From: the human T2T-CHM13v2.0 reference genome, Homo sapiens
DNA length: 64,000 bases
Assembly: GCA_009914755.4 (NCBI GenBank)
Contig: CP068257.2
Span: forward strand, 40,768,001-40,832,000
Direction of reading: 5' to 3'
The stretch's first letter is position 1; each line of letters starts with the position of its first letter. Below the pieces are notes generated by a model that was given only the letters and a program-made list of their open reading frames with translations, ran no database searches and had not been told where the DNA came from. Position numbers and translations under genes: made by a program. This document shows positions 30,950 through 43,100 of this stretch, piece by piece.

Positions 30950-31136
30950 GCTGCATGATCATTGCAATGACCCTTCCCTAGACGACCCCATCCCCCAGGA
31001 GTATGCCCTTTTCCTCTGTCCAACGGGGCCCCTGCTGGAAAAACTTCAAGAGTTCTGGAGAGAGAGCAAGCGCCAGTGTGCAAAGAACAGAGCTCATGAG
31101 GTCTTCCCACACGTGACACTCTGTGACTTCTTCACG
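30950..31136 (+). CDS. UBASH3A: UBASH3A exon 3: (W)LHDHCNDPSLDDPIPQEYALFLCPTGPLLEKLQEFWRESKRQCAKNRAHEVFPHVTLCDFFT.
   Basis: The acceptor ttgcag ends at 30949 and the donor gtgagt is at 31137. The exon contains the first HxT motif (HVTL) of a 2H-phosphoesterase-like fold. Confidence 0.9.
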
Positions 31137-32304
31137 GTGAGTCAACCCAGTGTGCCTTCAATGCTCACGGCAGCTGAAGGCATTTTTCTGTGCTAACTAG
31201 GCCATGATGGGACAAAGTTGACTTATTTAAATGGGATAGTCCAGAACTGCATCATTAGCTGGCACCTTCATATGAGCTGTCCTTTATTTTCCTCTTTGCC
31301 TTCATCTGGTCAACTCCTATTAATCCTTCAGAACCCAACTCATTTATCCTCTCCCCTTTTTGAGTCTTCTCCAGCTCCCCAGGCAAAAGGAGTTGCTGCC
31401 CATTTTCTCGTTCATGTGTCTAGTGGCACTTTTGTATCATACGGGCCATGTGTCTGGTGCAGCACCGCATCCCTCACCAGACCGAGTCCCTCAAGGGAAG
31501 GCAGATACCTCACTCATCTTTGCACCCCCAGAAACTAGCACAGCCCCTAAAACAGAGTTTGTGCTTCCAAAATGTGTGGTAAGTCAACTCAAGGATGGGT
31601 GATTGTTGGCTACCCACAAATGCAGAACTTTTCCCTGTCTCAGGGACCAGCCGTCTGATTCAGAAAAAAAATGGCCCAGTGGGTAGCTCCACAGCAAAAC
31701 ACAATGGCCCAGCAGGCAGCTCTACAGGGGCACCGGGAAGACAAGAAGAATGTGGGAGCTGCTCAGGAGAAAAGAAGGAGAAGGGAGAGACAGACAGCCA
31801 CTGCTCTACTCAGCTCCGCCAGAGGGGCTTAAGGAAGGGCACACCCACTTCTGCTACCGCGGCCTGGCCCCAACTCTGCTGTTGGCAAACTGATTTGTTC
31901 CACCCATTTCAAGGAATTCCATCAGGGCCCAAGGAACCCTCCATTCCAACACCAGGCCCCTCGGTGCTGGATGGAAAGGAGGAATGCAAACCTCTGAAGG
32001 GAAAAGATTTCTGGAAGATGTCCCAGGAGAAGCAGTACCTTCCAAAGCCTCCAACCACCACCCCGGATTGCCCGAGACTTGCAGGGATCCCCAGAGCACA
32101 AGACTAAACCTGGAAAAGCCCCAGAAAAATCGAGAGAGTTTTCCCCCTACATCGACATCAATGGTACTTGTGACAAGCTGACTCCCTTCTGGTTCACCCT
32201 CTGGAGCCAACGGGGAAAGGCAAGGCAGCCCAAGCCATGTGACACAGCTCAGAAATCAGAGCAGGCCTTGGCCCCCCACTCCTTCCCCAGCCCACTGAGG
32301 TGCA

Positions 32305-33146
32305 AGCACACACACACACACACAGATAGACACAGAGACACACACATAGCTCACACACATAGACACACACAGATTGACACAGAGACTTACACATGCACAC
32401 AGATACACACACATACATGCATACAGACATACATAGATATAGACACACAGACACACACAGATAGACACAGAGACGTACACACGGCACACACAGATACACA
32501 CACATACATGCATACAGACATACATAGATATAGACACACAGACACACACAGACATGGAGACGTACACACGGCACACACAGATACACACACATACATGCAT
32601 ACAGACACACACAGAGACACAGATACACACAGACACACACAGATAGACACAGAGACGTACACAGCACACACAGATACACACACATACCTGCATACAGACA
32701 TACATAGATATAGACACACAGACACACACATATATACATGCATACATGGATACAGACATACACAGACACACACAGATAGACACACATACACACTACATGT
32801 ACATAGGTACACATGCAAACAGATACACACAGATATACACACACAGGAATACACAGATACATGCACATAGACACACACAGACACACACAGAGACACACAT
32901 TAGATAGACACACATGCACAAACACAGACATGCACATACATGCACATACATAGACAAATGCACACATACAGACACACACATAAGCACCACATGCACACAT
33001 ATGCACACAGATACACACATGCATACACACAGACACACATATAGACATACGCAGACACACAGACACACATAGACATACGCATATGCAGACACACACACAG
33101 ACACACACACATATAGACATATGCAGACACAAACACACTCACACAC
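32305..33146. repeat. Cryptic simple repeat of about 840 bp: a (CA)n core interspersed with GATA, GACA and CATA units. It is almost entirely alternating purine/pyrimidine sequence, in UBASH3A intron 3.
   Basis: Direct reading. It generates the long artefactual ORFs in the track (32079..32870+ and 32194..33138-). Confidence 0.95.
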
Positions 33147-34551
33147 CTCCCTCTGTCGTTAGCTCCTCCCAGTCCCCCACCCCAGTTCTGGCCTGGCCGT
33201 GGTTAGTGGAGCTCCCCTCACAGGCAGAAGAGTGTAACGGAGACTCACTGTGTACCTTGATGCTGTAAAATGAAAACACTAATCTTCCGAAGTGTGATAT
33301 TGATCACAGCTACACTTATAACATGACTATTCTTGAAAATTACATATCTGAGGCCAAGAAACACAATGTGAGATGGATTCAGGAATGGACATGTGTTCAC
33401 TGGGTGGTTTTGTGTTGAGTGCCGTTGAGGGTTGCAGAGAAAACAGACAGGGAGGAATGTCAGGCCGGCCTGTCCATGGGGAGACGGAAGCTGCATTAAA
33501 CACTGTGATCTGGCCTCATACTTGGGCTTGTAAGAAGCACTGTGGGAAATTCCGAGGGCAGCCCGGTGCTGGGAAGAGAAGGGATCAGGCCAACTCCCGC
33601 CAGGAGGGTGTGGTGTCTGGGTTTCCCCTGTGGTCCGATGTGGCCAATGGCACTGGGAAGGTTTTCAAGCCCAGGAAGCAGCCTCCCCAGGGCGGTAGGC
33701 AACACCGAGCCCAGATGTCAGGAGAGGCTGCGTCTGGCTGGAGGATGGGGGTGGGAGCCCCGTGGGCAAGGCTGTCGGGCCAGCACCTGTCGGGCTCCGT
33801 GGGCCTGAGGGATTCTCCAGGTGACAGAGAGCCTGCGGCCTCAGGGGTGGGAGCTGCATCAGAAAGAGGGTCCTGCAGCCACTCAGGGGGCATCAGGGAG
33901 GCCGGGCCAGGGGCTGTGCAGGCTCAGGTCCTCCAGGGAGCAGACCCCAAGGCAGAATTCCCAGTGCAGGAGACGCACGGGGGAGAGACTGCTGGTGAAG
34001 GCAAAAGAGGAGGAGAGGGTTGGAGGCAGGCAGAGCCTCAGTGCCTTAGAGGAGTCCCTGTGGAACCCGACTCAGTGCTCAGCCGTGGAAGAGAGGGTGG
34101 CCCCGCAGCTGGAAGTGCAGCTGAGTCCCGCTCACTACAGGCTCTGAGCAGTGCCTGGGCAGCCTTGGAGTCTGCTAGAAACCTCCAGAAGCCAAATCAT
34201 GCAAACCTGAGCAAAGCAGTGTGCCATGGGACTGAGGAAAGGGCCTGGCAGGTGATGAGCACGTGCCATGGAGGGAGGGGATGCAGTTCAACGACCAGGG
34301 GATTTCCAACCTGGGCACCTAAAGGAGACTCCAACCCGCAAAGAAACTTACCTGAAATATTTGAAAAAACCGAGGTCCAGGTATAGAACAAATCCATAAC
34401 CCCAGACACAAAGGGACGCAATAAATTATGTTACAGCGCTTTGAACAGAAAAGAATCTCACTTTAATTGCTGCCTGATTGTTATTAATTAAATTAATAGA
34501 TGACTTCTGATGAGAGGTGTGGAAACACAGGCTCTGTCTCTGTCCCCTTAG

Positions 34552-34750
34552 TGTGAAGACCAGAAGGTGGAATGCCTGTACGAGGCGCTGAAGAGAGCTG
34601 GAGACAGGCTCCTGGGCTCCTTCCCCACGGCCGTGCCTCTGGCTCTCCACTCCTCCATCAGCTACCTCGGCTTCTTCGTCAGTGGCAGCCCCGCAGACGT
34701 CATCCGGGAATTCGCCATGACCTTCGCCACGGAAGCATCTCTCTTAGCAG
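34552..34750 (+). CDS. UBASH3A: UBASH3A exon 4: CEDQKVECLYEALKRAGDRLLGSFPTAVPLALHSSISYLGFFVSGSPADVIREFAMTFATEASLLA(G).
   Basis: The acceptor cccttag ends at 34551 and the donor gtgggc is at 34751. It is covered in frame by ORF-track 34567..34797. Confidence 0.88.
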
Positions 34751-34937
34751 GTGGGCAGCCCTGGCCAGTTGCAAACACAGGGCTGGATTCACAGTGAGTG
34801 AGCCCTCTGTGGCAGGGACTAGCCCCCGGCACATGGATGCAGTGGGTGGGTTCCAGGGGAGCAGAGCCCAGCAGCAATGGTGGGATGGCTGGGTGGGCTT
34901 TCTTCCGGGCTCAGTGGCTGCACCTGTCCTCACCCAG

Positions 34938-35051
34938 GCACTTCCGTTTCCCGCTTCTGGATTTTCAGCCAGGTGCCTGGACATGGCCCTAACCTGAGGC
35001 TGAGCAATTTAACTAGAGCCTCCTTCGTGAGCCACTACATCCTTCAAAAAT
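34938..35051 (+). CDS. UBASH3A: UBASH3A exon 5: (G)TSVSRFWIFSQVPGHGPNLRLSNLTRASFVSHYILQK(Y).
   Basis: The acceptor cacccag ends at 34937 and the donor gtaagc is at 35052. It matches ORF-track 34877..35107. Confidence 0.9.
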
Positions 35052-36039
35052 GTAAGCCATTAGAAAGCTTCCGGACCAGCTTTGGTCTTCTCTTTAGGCG
35101 GGAATAGCCTTGTTCTCATTATGTGGTTTTTAAAATGCTTAGCTATATGCCAACAGCCTGGGAAAGTGCCCCAGAAGGGTGTGCCAAGCATCAAGCCTGA
35201 GTGGGTGACTGTGACGGGGTTGGAGGCTGGTGCACACAGGGAGTCAGGGCCTCCCCACCCCAGCCTTGAGTGGGAGACACACAAGTCCTACGTGACTTAT
35301 TTCTGTATTTTCAGTATGAGCTTAGTGCTCTCTCCTTGGCCTCTCCAGGGAAAGATTATTTAGACTCATATTCAGAATCATCAAAATTCCCTTCTCTCCA
35401 AACACCAGCCCTGGCCTGGAGACCAAGGCTACCATTGGGGTTTAGTGGAAAGGATTGTGGACTTGACGTCAGAAGATGTGATTTTTTTCTGTGTCCCTGA
35501 TGAGTGGCATGACCTTAATCAAGTCATGTCCACTCTCTCTGTCTCTTTTTCTTTCTCTACAAAACAATGAGGGCTCTCACTCTTCAAGAACAATGTTGCC
35601 TGAGTCTGTGGCCCATCCTGCCATAGTTCCCGGGACACAGAAGGCACTCAGTATTGCTGAGATTTGCCGACTCTAAAATCTGACGAGGCCGCAGTGCCTT
35701 GGTGGGAGGGCTCCCCACTTTCTCTCTCTGGGAGCGTGTCTGTCTGTGCTCAGACATGTATGAAGCACAGATCCTGGCCTGTAAATCCATCCCTGAATCC
35801 TGGGCTTCCACTTGGATGGCAGCTTGTGAGTCTGGAGATCGAATCTGCTGAATAATTAGAAAGTCGCCCCCGGTCTTTGTGGATTAGTATCCTTTATCAA
35901 ATGATGGCTCTTTCACACCCAGGCCCTCCCCCAGTGAACCTCATTGGCAGCATCTTAAAAACAGGAAGACTGAGGCTGCAAAGGGTGAAGGGCCTGCCCA
36001 AGGTCCTGTGGTGTGTAGAGCGGTGTCCCCTAAAAATGT

Positions 36040-36390
36040 TTGTCCACCAGGAACTTGGGAATGTGACCTCACTTGGGAATAGGGCCTGTGCAGATGCGAT
36101 TGGTTGGGAGGAGGTCACACTGCATTAGGGTGGGTTCCCGTAAGGGTAGAGGCCGCACAGAGACACAGAGAAGCCATGTGCCGACTGAGGCAGAGACTGG
36201 AGTGATGTAGCCACAAGCCAAGGGACGCCTGGGGCCACCGGAAACTGGAAGAAGCCAGGAAGGACCCTTCCCGGGAGCTTTCGGGGAGAGCACAGCCCTG
36301 CCAACACCTTGATTTTGAACCTCTAGTCTCCAGAAATGGGAGGCAATACATTTCTGTTGTTTGAAACCAATCTAGTCCCCTAACCAGGCT
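36040..36390 (+). mobile_element. MaLR-type LTR (MLT1-like) in UBASH3A intron 5.
   Basis: It contains cattagggtgggttcccgtaagggtagaggccgcacagagacacagagaagccatgtg...ccagaaatgggaggcaatacatttctgttgtttgaaacc. Confidence 0.5.
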
Positions 36391-36851
36391 GGCGGAGCAG
36401 GGACCTGAACCCACCTCTGTCCTGCTCCATGCTGCCTGGGTTCATGCTGGGCAGCCCCACTTCCTGTGGGAGCCAGCGTTGACCTCACATCTACGCCCCG
36501 ACCCTGAGTAGGCTGTGTCCTGCCCTTCCATGGCCCATGCTCTCAGCCTGACACCGAGGGGGTGGAGGGGACTCTCTCAGTGATGAGTGACCAGTCACTG
36601 CTCTGAAGTGGCCGAGGTCCCTCTTGGGGCAAATGCATGAGGCCCCCTTGCCCGCGTTGGTCCTCCCCAGTGAAACGTGCCCATAGGCACAGGTCCGCAG
36701 AGAGAAGGAAACGCAAGGACCCGTTCAGAAGTCGGTGTGACTCACTCTGACGTCAGCAACCTGCAGTGGGTCTTTCCCAGGCCACACTCACTCGCATGGC
36801 AAGGCGGTCCTCCCCGACTGCTAAAAACAAAAGTCAGGAAAGGAATTTCCC

Positions 36852-36903
36852 CACCACCTACACACTCATGCTGCTCCCCACCACCTACACACTCATGCTG
36901 CTC
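36852..36903. repeat. 26-bp tandem duplication (ccaccacctacacactcatgctgctc x2).
   Basis: Direct reading of the sequence. Confidence 0.9.
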
Positions 36904-37969
36904 TGGGCTGCGCAGCCTCAGTGCCCCAGCTTTCCTAGAGACCGTGGGAGCTTCCCATTTGCCTCTAAAGGCTCACCTCTCACGTGGGAGACAGCAGTGA
37001 GCCCCAACTTCGGGGCTCCAGGGAAAGGCTTGCATCAACTTTGACCTTTTTTAGGGGGTGAGCAGATCCTGTTTGTAAGTGCCCTGCTGTGGAGTGGGGG
37101 CAGGGTACGTCTGTGCACCGACACGGCGTCTCTAGCAGGAAACTTTAGGTTAGGAGGCTGATTTCCCACTGCAGCCTTGGCGAGCAGGCTCTGCCGTCCT
37201 CCAGCAGATGCTGCTGAAGCAGAAATTGGGCAGGCCCAGAGGCTCGGTCAAGGTCACCCTGCAAAAGGGGGCACAGTGCAGCCTAAAACTAGGTCTATCT
37301 GACACCAAAGTTTGTGTTGTTCCCGTCAAGACACAGACCGCCTCCCTAGGACATAAAATACTTTGTGGCTCAACTGAAATCAGATCCTGGCTGCTTTGGT
37401 GATGCCAGCTGCTCTGCTCAGACTGACCCGAGAGCCCCTGGCAGGACCAGGGAGGGCTAGGGCCACAGGGGCAGAGGACACCCAAAAAGACCTGAGGCTC
37501 AGCCACTCCCAGGACTTCCTGCTTCACCAAAACAAGGTGAACCTTAAAGACACTGTGTGTTTTATAGTTTTGTTGCCTAAAGAGTTTTCTTCTTGAAACT
37601 CTACAATTAAACAAAAAGCCGTTGAACTGGAGCTCGGGCCTGCAAGTCCAGGCCACTGGGTAACGTGCACACCCCGGGGAATGGAGGAGCCGTTTACTCT
37701 GTGCATCTGAATCGTGCATTCGGGCAGCTAGCCTGCAAACCGATAGGCCCCCGAGACCCTGAACCCACATCTCCATATCGTCCTCTTTCCTACTTCCTGG
37801 AAAAATCTGCAGGGATCCAGCCATCTCCTTTATGATGTGAGTTCTGAGCGGGCCAAATGAGCTCTGAGTTCTGAGAGCCCTTGCCTTGTGGAGGAAGCAT
37901 GGAGGTCGGAGGAAGGAGACATTTAGGTAACGGTGTCCTGGCACCCTCTGTGTTTCCCTGATTTCACAG

Positions 37970-38139
37970 ACTGCTCCGTGAAGCCTTGCACCAAACAGCT
38001 GCATCTGACCTTGGCCCACAAGTTCTACCCCCACCACCAGAGGACGCTGGAGCAGCTGGCCAGAGCCATCCCCCTGGGCCACAGCTGCCAGTGGACCGCA
38101 GCACTCTACTCCCGAGACATGCGCTTTGTGCACTACCAG
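37970..38139 (+). CDS. UBASH3A: UBASH3A exon 6: (Y)CSVKPCTKQLHLTLAHKFYPHHQRTLEQLARAIPLGHSCQWTAALYSRDMRFVHYQ.
   Basis: The acceptor ttcacag ends at 37969 and the donor gtgaga is at 38140. The exon contains the second HxT motif (HLTL). It matches ORF-track 37933..38166. Confidence 0.9.
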
Positions 38140-38180
38140 GTGAGAGAGCTGAGCAGGGGCTCATAAGAAGCAGATGAATG

Positions 38181-38463
38181 GGCTGGGCTCGGTGGCTCAC
38201 GCCTGTAATCCCAGCACTTTGGGAGGCCGAGGCGGCGGATCATGAGGTCAGGAGATGGAGACCATCCTGGCTAACATGGTGAAACCTCGTCTCTACTAAA
38301 AATACAAAAAATTAGCCAGGCACGGCGGCGGGCACCTGTAGTCCCAGCTACTCAGGAGGCTGAGGCAGGAGAATGGAGTGAACCCGGGAGGCGGAGCTTG
38401 CAGCGAGTGGAGGTAGCATCACTGCACTCCAGCCTGGGCTACAGAGCGAGACGTCTCAAAAAA
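38181..38463 (+). mobile_element. Young (AluY-like, CpG-rich) Alu, sense, with a 12-bp target-site duplication agaagcagatga. It begins 42 bp downstream of the UBASH3A exon 6 donor.
   Basis: The sequence is close to the AluY consensus and retains many CpGs. The same direct repeat is found at 38165-38176 and 38465-38476. Confidence 0.9.
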
Positions 38464-38667
38464 AGAAGCAGATGAGTGAACGGCCACTCACCTGACAGCA
38501 TGTACCCCCTGGAGCCCTCCAAGGGAGATATGTTAGTAGCAAGGAAAATTTCTATTGCTTCTCTAAAGCCATTCTCTTTCTTGTGCAATTTACAACCAGC
38601 ATTCTTTTATATGTGAGTTAGAGATGCACAGACAACAAAATAGAAGCATTTCCAATATTAGAAAAGG

Positions 38668-39019
<352 letters not shown>

Positions 39020-39387
39020 TTATTAATTCTTTTTTATTTATTTATTTTTTAAATGTAGGGGCCATGCTAATCTTCTCTGCAGCATTCCAATTTTAGTTAT
39101 ATGTGCTGCCAAAGTGAGCACAATTCACTTTAAAGAATGATTTGAGTGAAACCTCATTCTGGGACTTCCTGCCCATGAATCGATGGGTTTAGAAACGAAG
39201 TGTGTGATGCTCCTTTCAGACCCAGAGAGCACGTGTGAATGAATCCACCATGTTCTGTATCGTATGAGGTGTCAATAACCTCACACCGAGGAAGGCGGAT
39301 GTGAAAGTCTGCTTATGCCTTCAGATCTTTTGTAGACAAAAAAGTACCTAGATGGATGGATGATGGATAGATCCCAAAATGTATCTC

Positions 39388-39707
39388 TTTTTTTTTTCTT
39401 TTTTTCTTTTTTTTTTTTTTTTTTTTGAGAGGGAGTCTCACCCTGTCACCCAGGGTAGAATGCAGTGGAGCGATCTGCGCCCACTTCAACCTTCGCCTCC
39501 CAGGTTCAAGTGATTCTCCTGCCTCAAGCTTCCCAAGTAGCTGGGACTACAGGCACCCGCCACCATGTCCAGCTAATTTTTGTATTTTCAGTAGAGACGG
39601 GGTTTCACCATATTGGCCAGGCTGGTCTCAAACTCCTGACCTTGTGATCCACCCACCTCAGCCTTCCAAAGTGCTGGGATTACAGGCGTGAGCCACCGCG
39701 CCTGGCC
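39388..39707 (-). mobile_element. Alu, antisense, with a T-rich leader and target-site duplication cccaaaatgtat. It ends 220 bp upstream of UBASH3A exon 7.
   Basis: It contains gagagggagtctcaccctgtcacccagg...gcgtgagccaccgcgcctggcc. The same direct repeat occurs at 39374-39385 and 39708-39719. Confidence 0.9.
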
Positions 39708-39926
39708 CCAAAATGTATTTCTAAATCTATCCAAAGAATTCTATGCTGCGTTTCATTACATTCTGTGCTATATATTGCCAGACAAAGCTTTGGATGGAGT
39801 CTTGGAGACACAGAACACATTGGAGGGGCAGAAAGCAGGAGGTGGCAGGTGATAGGCCTCCTATTGCTGCCATTTTCCAATGTAAATCTTTGCTCGAGAC
39901 GTGAAACCCCTTTGCCTCTTTTCTAG

Positions 39927-40135
39927 ACCCTGAGAGCCCTATTCCAGTACAAACCCCAGAACGTGGATGAGCTGACGCTAAGTCCTGGTGACTACATCTT
40001 TGTGGACCCCACGCAGCAGGACGAAGCCAGCGAGGGCTGGGTGATTGGGATCTCACAGCGGACGGGCTGCCGGGGCTTCCTGCCGGAAAACTACACGGAT
40101 CGAGCCAGTGAGTCTGACACGTGGGTGAAGCACAG
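39927..40135 (+). CDS. UBASH3A: UBASH3A exon 7 (SH3 domain): TLRALFQYKPQNVDELTLSPGDYIFVDPTQQDEASEGWVIGISQRTGCRGFLPENYTDRASESDTWVKH(R).
   Basis: The acceptor ttttctag ends at 39926 and the donor gtgagt is at 40136. It shows SH3 hallmarks: ALFQY, a GDYIFV strand, EGWVIG, and GFLPENY. Confidence 0.92.
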
Positions 40136-43100
40136 GTGAGTGCTGCCTCTGGCTGCAGCCCCGTCATCTCTCTCTGAGTTACTGTGTGAGAGTGCCCACC
40201 TGCCAACAGTGTGCTTCTAGACCATTCCATTATTGGTAAAATTGCATTCTGTATGCTGACAAAATTATTCCTGCAGGTATATAGTAAACATCTTGGTTCG
40301 TCCCTGGTTTTCTGATGATAACATTCAAAAAAGAATGAATTACTCTGCATTAGAGTAATTTGAGATGGTAATCCCCAAATTACTGCAAAATACTACTTCT
40401 TTATCACACACATAATAAATTATACTCAGAGGTCCTGAGCTTGGGTTTATTTATTCTTCTGCTCCGTGTATGAAATGTAAAGTCCTAGGTCGTATTATTA
40501 GTTTTCTATGACTGTATAATAAATTACCACTAAAACAAAGTGCAATTATTATCTTATGGTATTTATGGGTTGAGAGTCAGAGTCCAGCTTCACTGGGTCC
40601 TCAGCTCGGGGTCTCAAGGCTGTAATCAAGGTGCCTGCCAGGGCTGGGCTCCCCACTGAGGCTTCACACCCTCGCCTGAGCATACACAGTTGTTGGTGGG
40701 AGTGATTTCCTTGAAGCTGTAGGGCTCCTGGTGAGTTGCTTCTTCATCAGCTGAAGAATCTCTTAATTTTAGCACCTTTTAGCATCATCTGGTGAGGCTA
40801 AGGATTTTCAGAATCATCAGATACTGGTTCTTTTTTGTTCGATGTTCTTCCCTCAATTTATCTCTTTCCTCTCCCGCTTCACTATAAATAACATGAAGAA
40901 ACCAGGTGATACACTTAACACTTTGTTTGGAAATAGCCTTAGCTATGTGACCAACATCATCGCTTACAAGTCCTGCTCTCCATGGACAATTTCATTAAAC
41001 TCTCTGGCACACATGGGAAGGATCCTCCTTGCTCCGATTTCCTGGAACACCTGTCACATTCCTTTCTGAGTTCTCCCCGGAGGATTCACCTTTAGCATCC
41101 CTATTTCCTCTAGCAGTCTGTTCATGGTGATTTGGGCTTTCTCTGCCGTGCTACTCAAAAGTCTCTTAGCCTCTACTCGCTGCCAAGTCCCAAAGTTGTT
41201 TCCACATTTTAAGTTCAGAAGGTTTCCAACTTACAATGGTTTGGCTTAGGATTTCATAATGTTACGAAAGTGATATGGGTTCAATAGAAACTGTACTTCA
41301 AGTGCCCATACAATCATTCTGTGCTACATTTTCAGTACAACATTCAACGAATTACATGAGATACTCAACACTTGATTATAAAATCGGCTTTGTGTTAGAT
41401 TATTCCGCCCTATCATAGGCTACTGTAAGTGTTCTGAGCGTGTTTAAGGTAAGCTAGGCCAAGCTGTGATGTTCAGTAGGTTAGGTGCATTAAATGCATT
41501 TTCAAGTTATGATGGGTTTGTTGGAACATAACCCCATCTGAAGTTGAAGAACATCCACTGTTTGTTAGAGTAGCACCCCATTCCTGATACCAAATTTAGT
41601 AAAAGTTTAACCAGAGATGCAGAACCAGTCACTTTCATACAATATATAATACATATAAGTATATGTACAGTTGTCCCTTGCTATCTGCAAGGGATTGGTT
41701 CCCGGACCCCCACAGATACCCAAATCCTCATGTTCTCGAGTCCCCGATATAAAATGCTGTAGTATTTACATGCAACTTATGCACATCACCCTGTATCCTT
41801 TAAATCATCTCTAGATTACTTGTGATATGTAATACAGTATAAATACTATGCAAATAGTTGTTATACGGTATTGTTTTTTATTTGTATTTTTTAAATTGTA
41901 TTGCTATTTTTTAATTGATTAATCTTTTGAATATTTTTGGCCTGCAGTTGGTTGAATCCACAAATGCAGAACCTCCAGATACAAAGGGCTGACTATACAT
42001 ACATAGTATTTTATATTATATACACATGTATCACACACATATATATATGGAAAGGTATATATGTATACACACATCTATATTGATTTACTACAATGAATTG
42101 CCTTATGGAATTACTGGGGCTAGCTAAGCAAGGGCAGACAGGCAGGAAGGGAGGAGCCTACTTAGGCTGAAAACCCATGGGCAAGCTGAAGCTTGTTGTC
42201 CACATGTGGCAGTTGGAAGGACCACCCGGGTGATGGGAGAGCAGTCACAGACACAGCTGCTATTGAAGTCTCTGAGTGTGAGGAAAGCCTAAGTTTTTAA
42301 AAAAAATGCCTTCCAACTGCATAAGTCAGACCTGCTCAGAATAACCTTGCTTTTGATTAATTTAAGCTCAACTGATTAGGGGTTCTAGTCACATTTGTAA
42401 AATCTCCTTCCAGCAGCACCTAGACTAGCATTTGATGGGATAGCTAGGAAGGCTGTGTGTGATGCTTAGGATGGCTACTGCCTCCCTTCCATCCTCCAGC
42501 TCTCATGAGAATGCCTCTTGTAGCCCACCCTGATCAGACATGTGCTAAAAAGGAAGTCTAGGAACTGTCGTTCAGTCTGGCCAAGTTGCCACACCATAAA
42601 GCCATTGCAAAGTGTTAAGGTGGCTCTTGTGAGCTTTTTCACTCTCTTCTCCCAGGTTCCAGTTAGGAGAGTGGAGAGAGCAGGCAGAGGTCAGAGTACA
42701 CATGGTGAAAAAAGAGAAAAGCTGCTCAGCCTCATGGGTGTGCATGTTGGGGTGGAGCTCTTGCAGGTGTCAAGACTGATGGTTGGAACAACTGAATGAT
42801 GAGAGTGGGAGGAGAAGGGCAGAAATACACAGAAAAACCCTATGTTGTGGTTCTGGGCTTCCTGGCACCTTCAGAGCTGTGTGGCTGGGGAAGAGAGCCT
42901 GGAAAAACACCATCGTGGCCATCCCTCTGTCTCCAGGCAGGAGGTCTTAAAACCATTTTATATTTCACTCATTTGTTTAATTCTCTCCTAAAATGCTCCA
43001 CAGCTTCTCTAGGGTTCCCCTCACCACCCTGACAAATAAATAAATCATTAAGTTGAACACAGATGTATCAGCATCTACTCAATCTATAGATTTTCAGATC

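Noticed and set aside
32079-33146. Very long ORFs on both strands (263 aa plus-strand; 314, 175 and 169 aa minus-strand) rich in His, Thr, Cys and Val.
   Set aside because: They lie entirely within the (CA)n, GACA and CATA simple repeat. Alternating CA/TG sequence lacks stop codons in several frames, so these are translation artefacts. There are no splice signals and no homology.
33373-34386. A 337-aa open reading frame on the plus strand in UBASH3A intron 3.
   Set aside because: The DNA is GC-rich, where stop codons (which are AT-rich) are rare by chance. The product is low-complexity (Gly, Arg, Ala and Glu rich) with no recognisable domain. No acceptor or donor places it in the UBASH3A reading frame, and the flanking exons 3 and 4 join in frame without it.
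37150-38133. A 327-aa minus-strand ORF overlapping UBASH3A exon 6.
   Set aside because: It is antisense to a confirmed coding exon plus GC-rich flanking intron. It has no homology and no splice support, so it is a chance ORF.
41230-42000. Sequence resembling DNA-transposon (Tigger/MER-like) consensus: ttccaacttacaatggtttggcttagg... and ...gattggttcccggacccccacagatacccaaatcc...gttggttgaatccacaaatgcagaacc.
   Set aside because: I recognise the family motifs but cannot assign the family confidently from memory. It is left unannotated rather than guessing a name.
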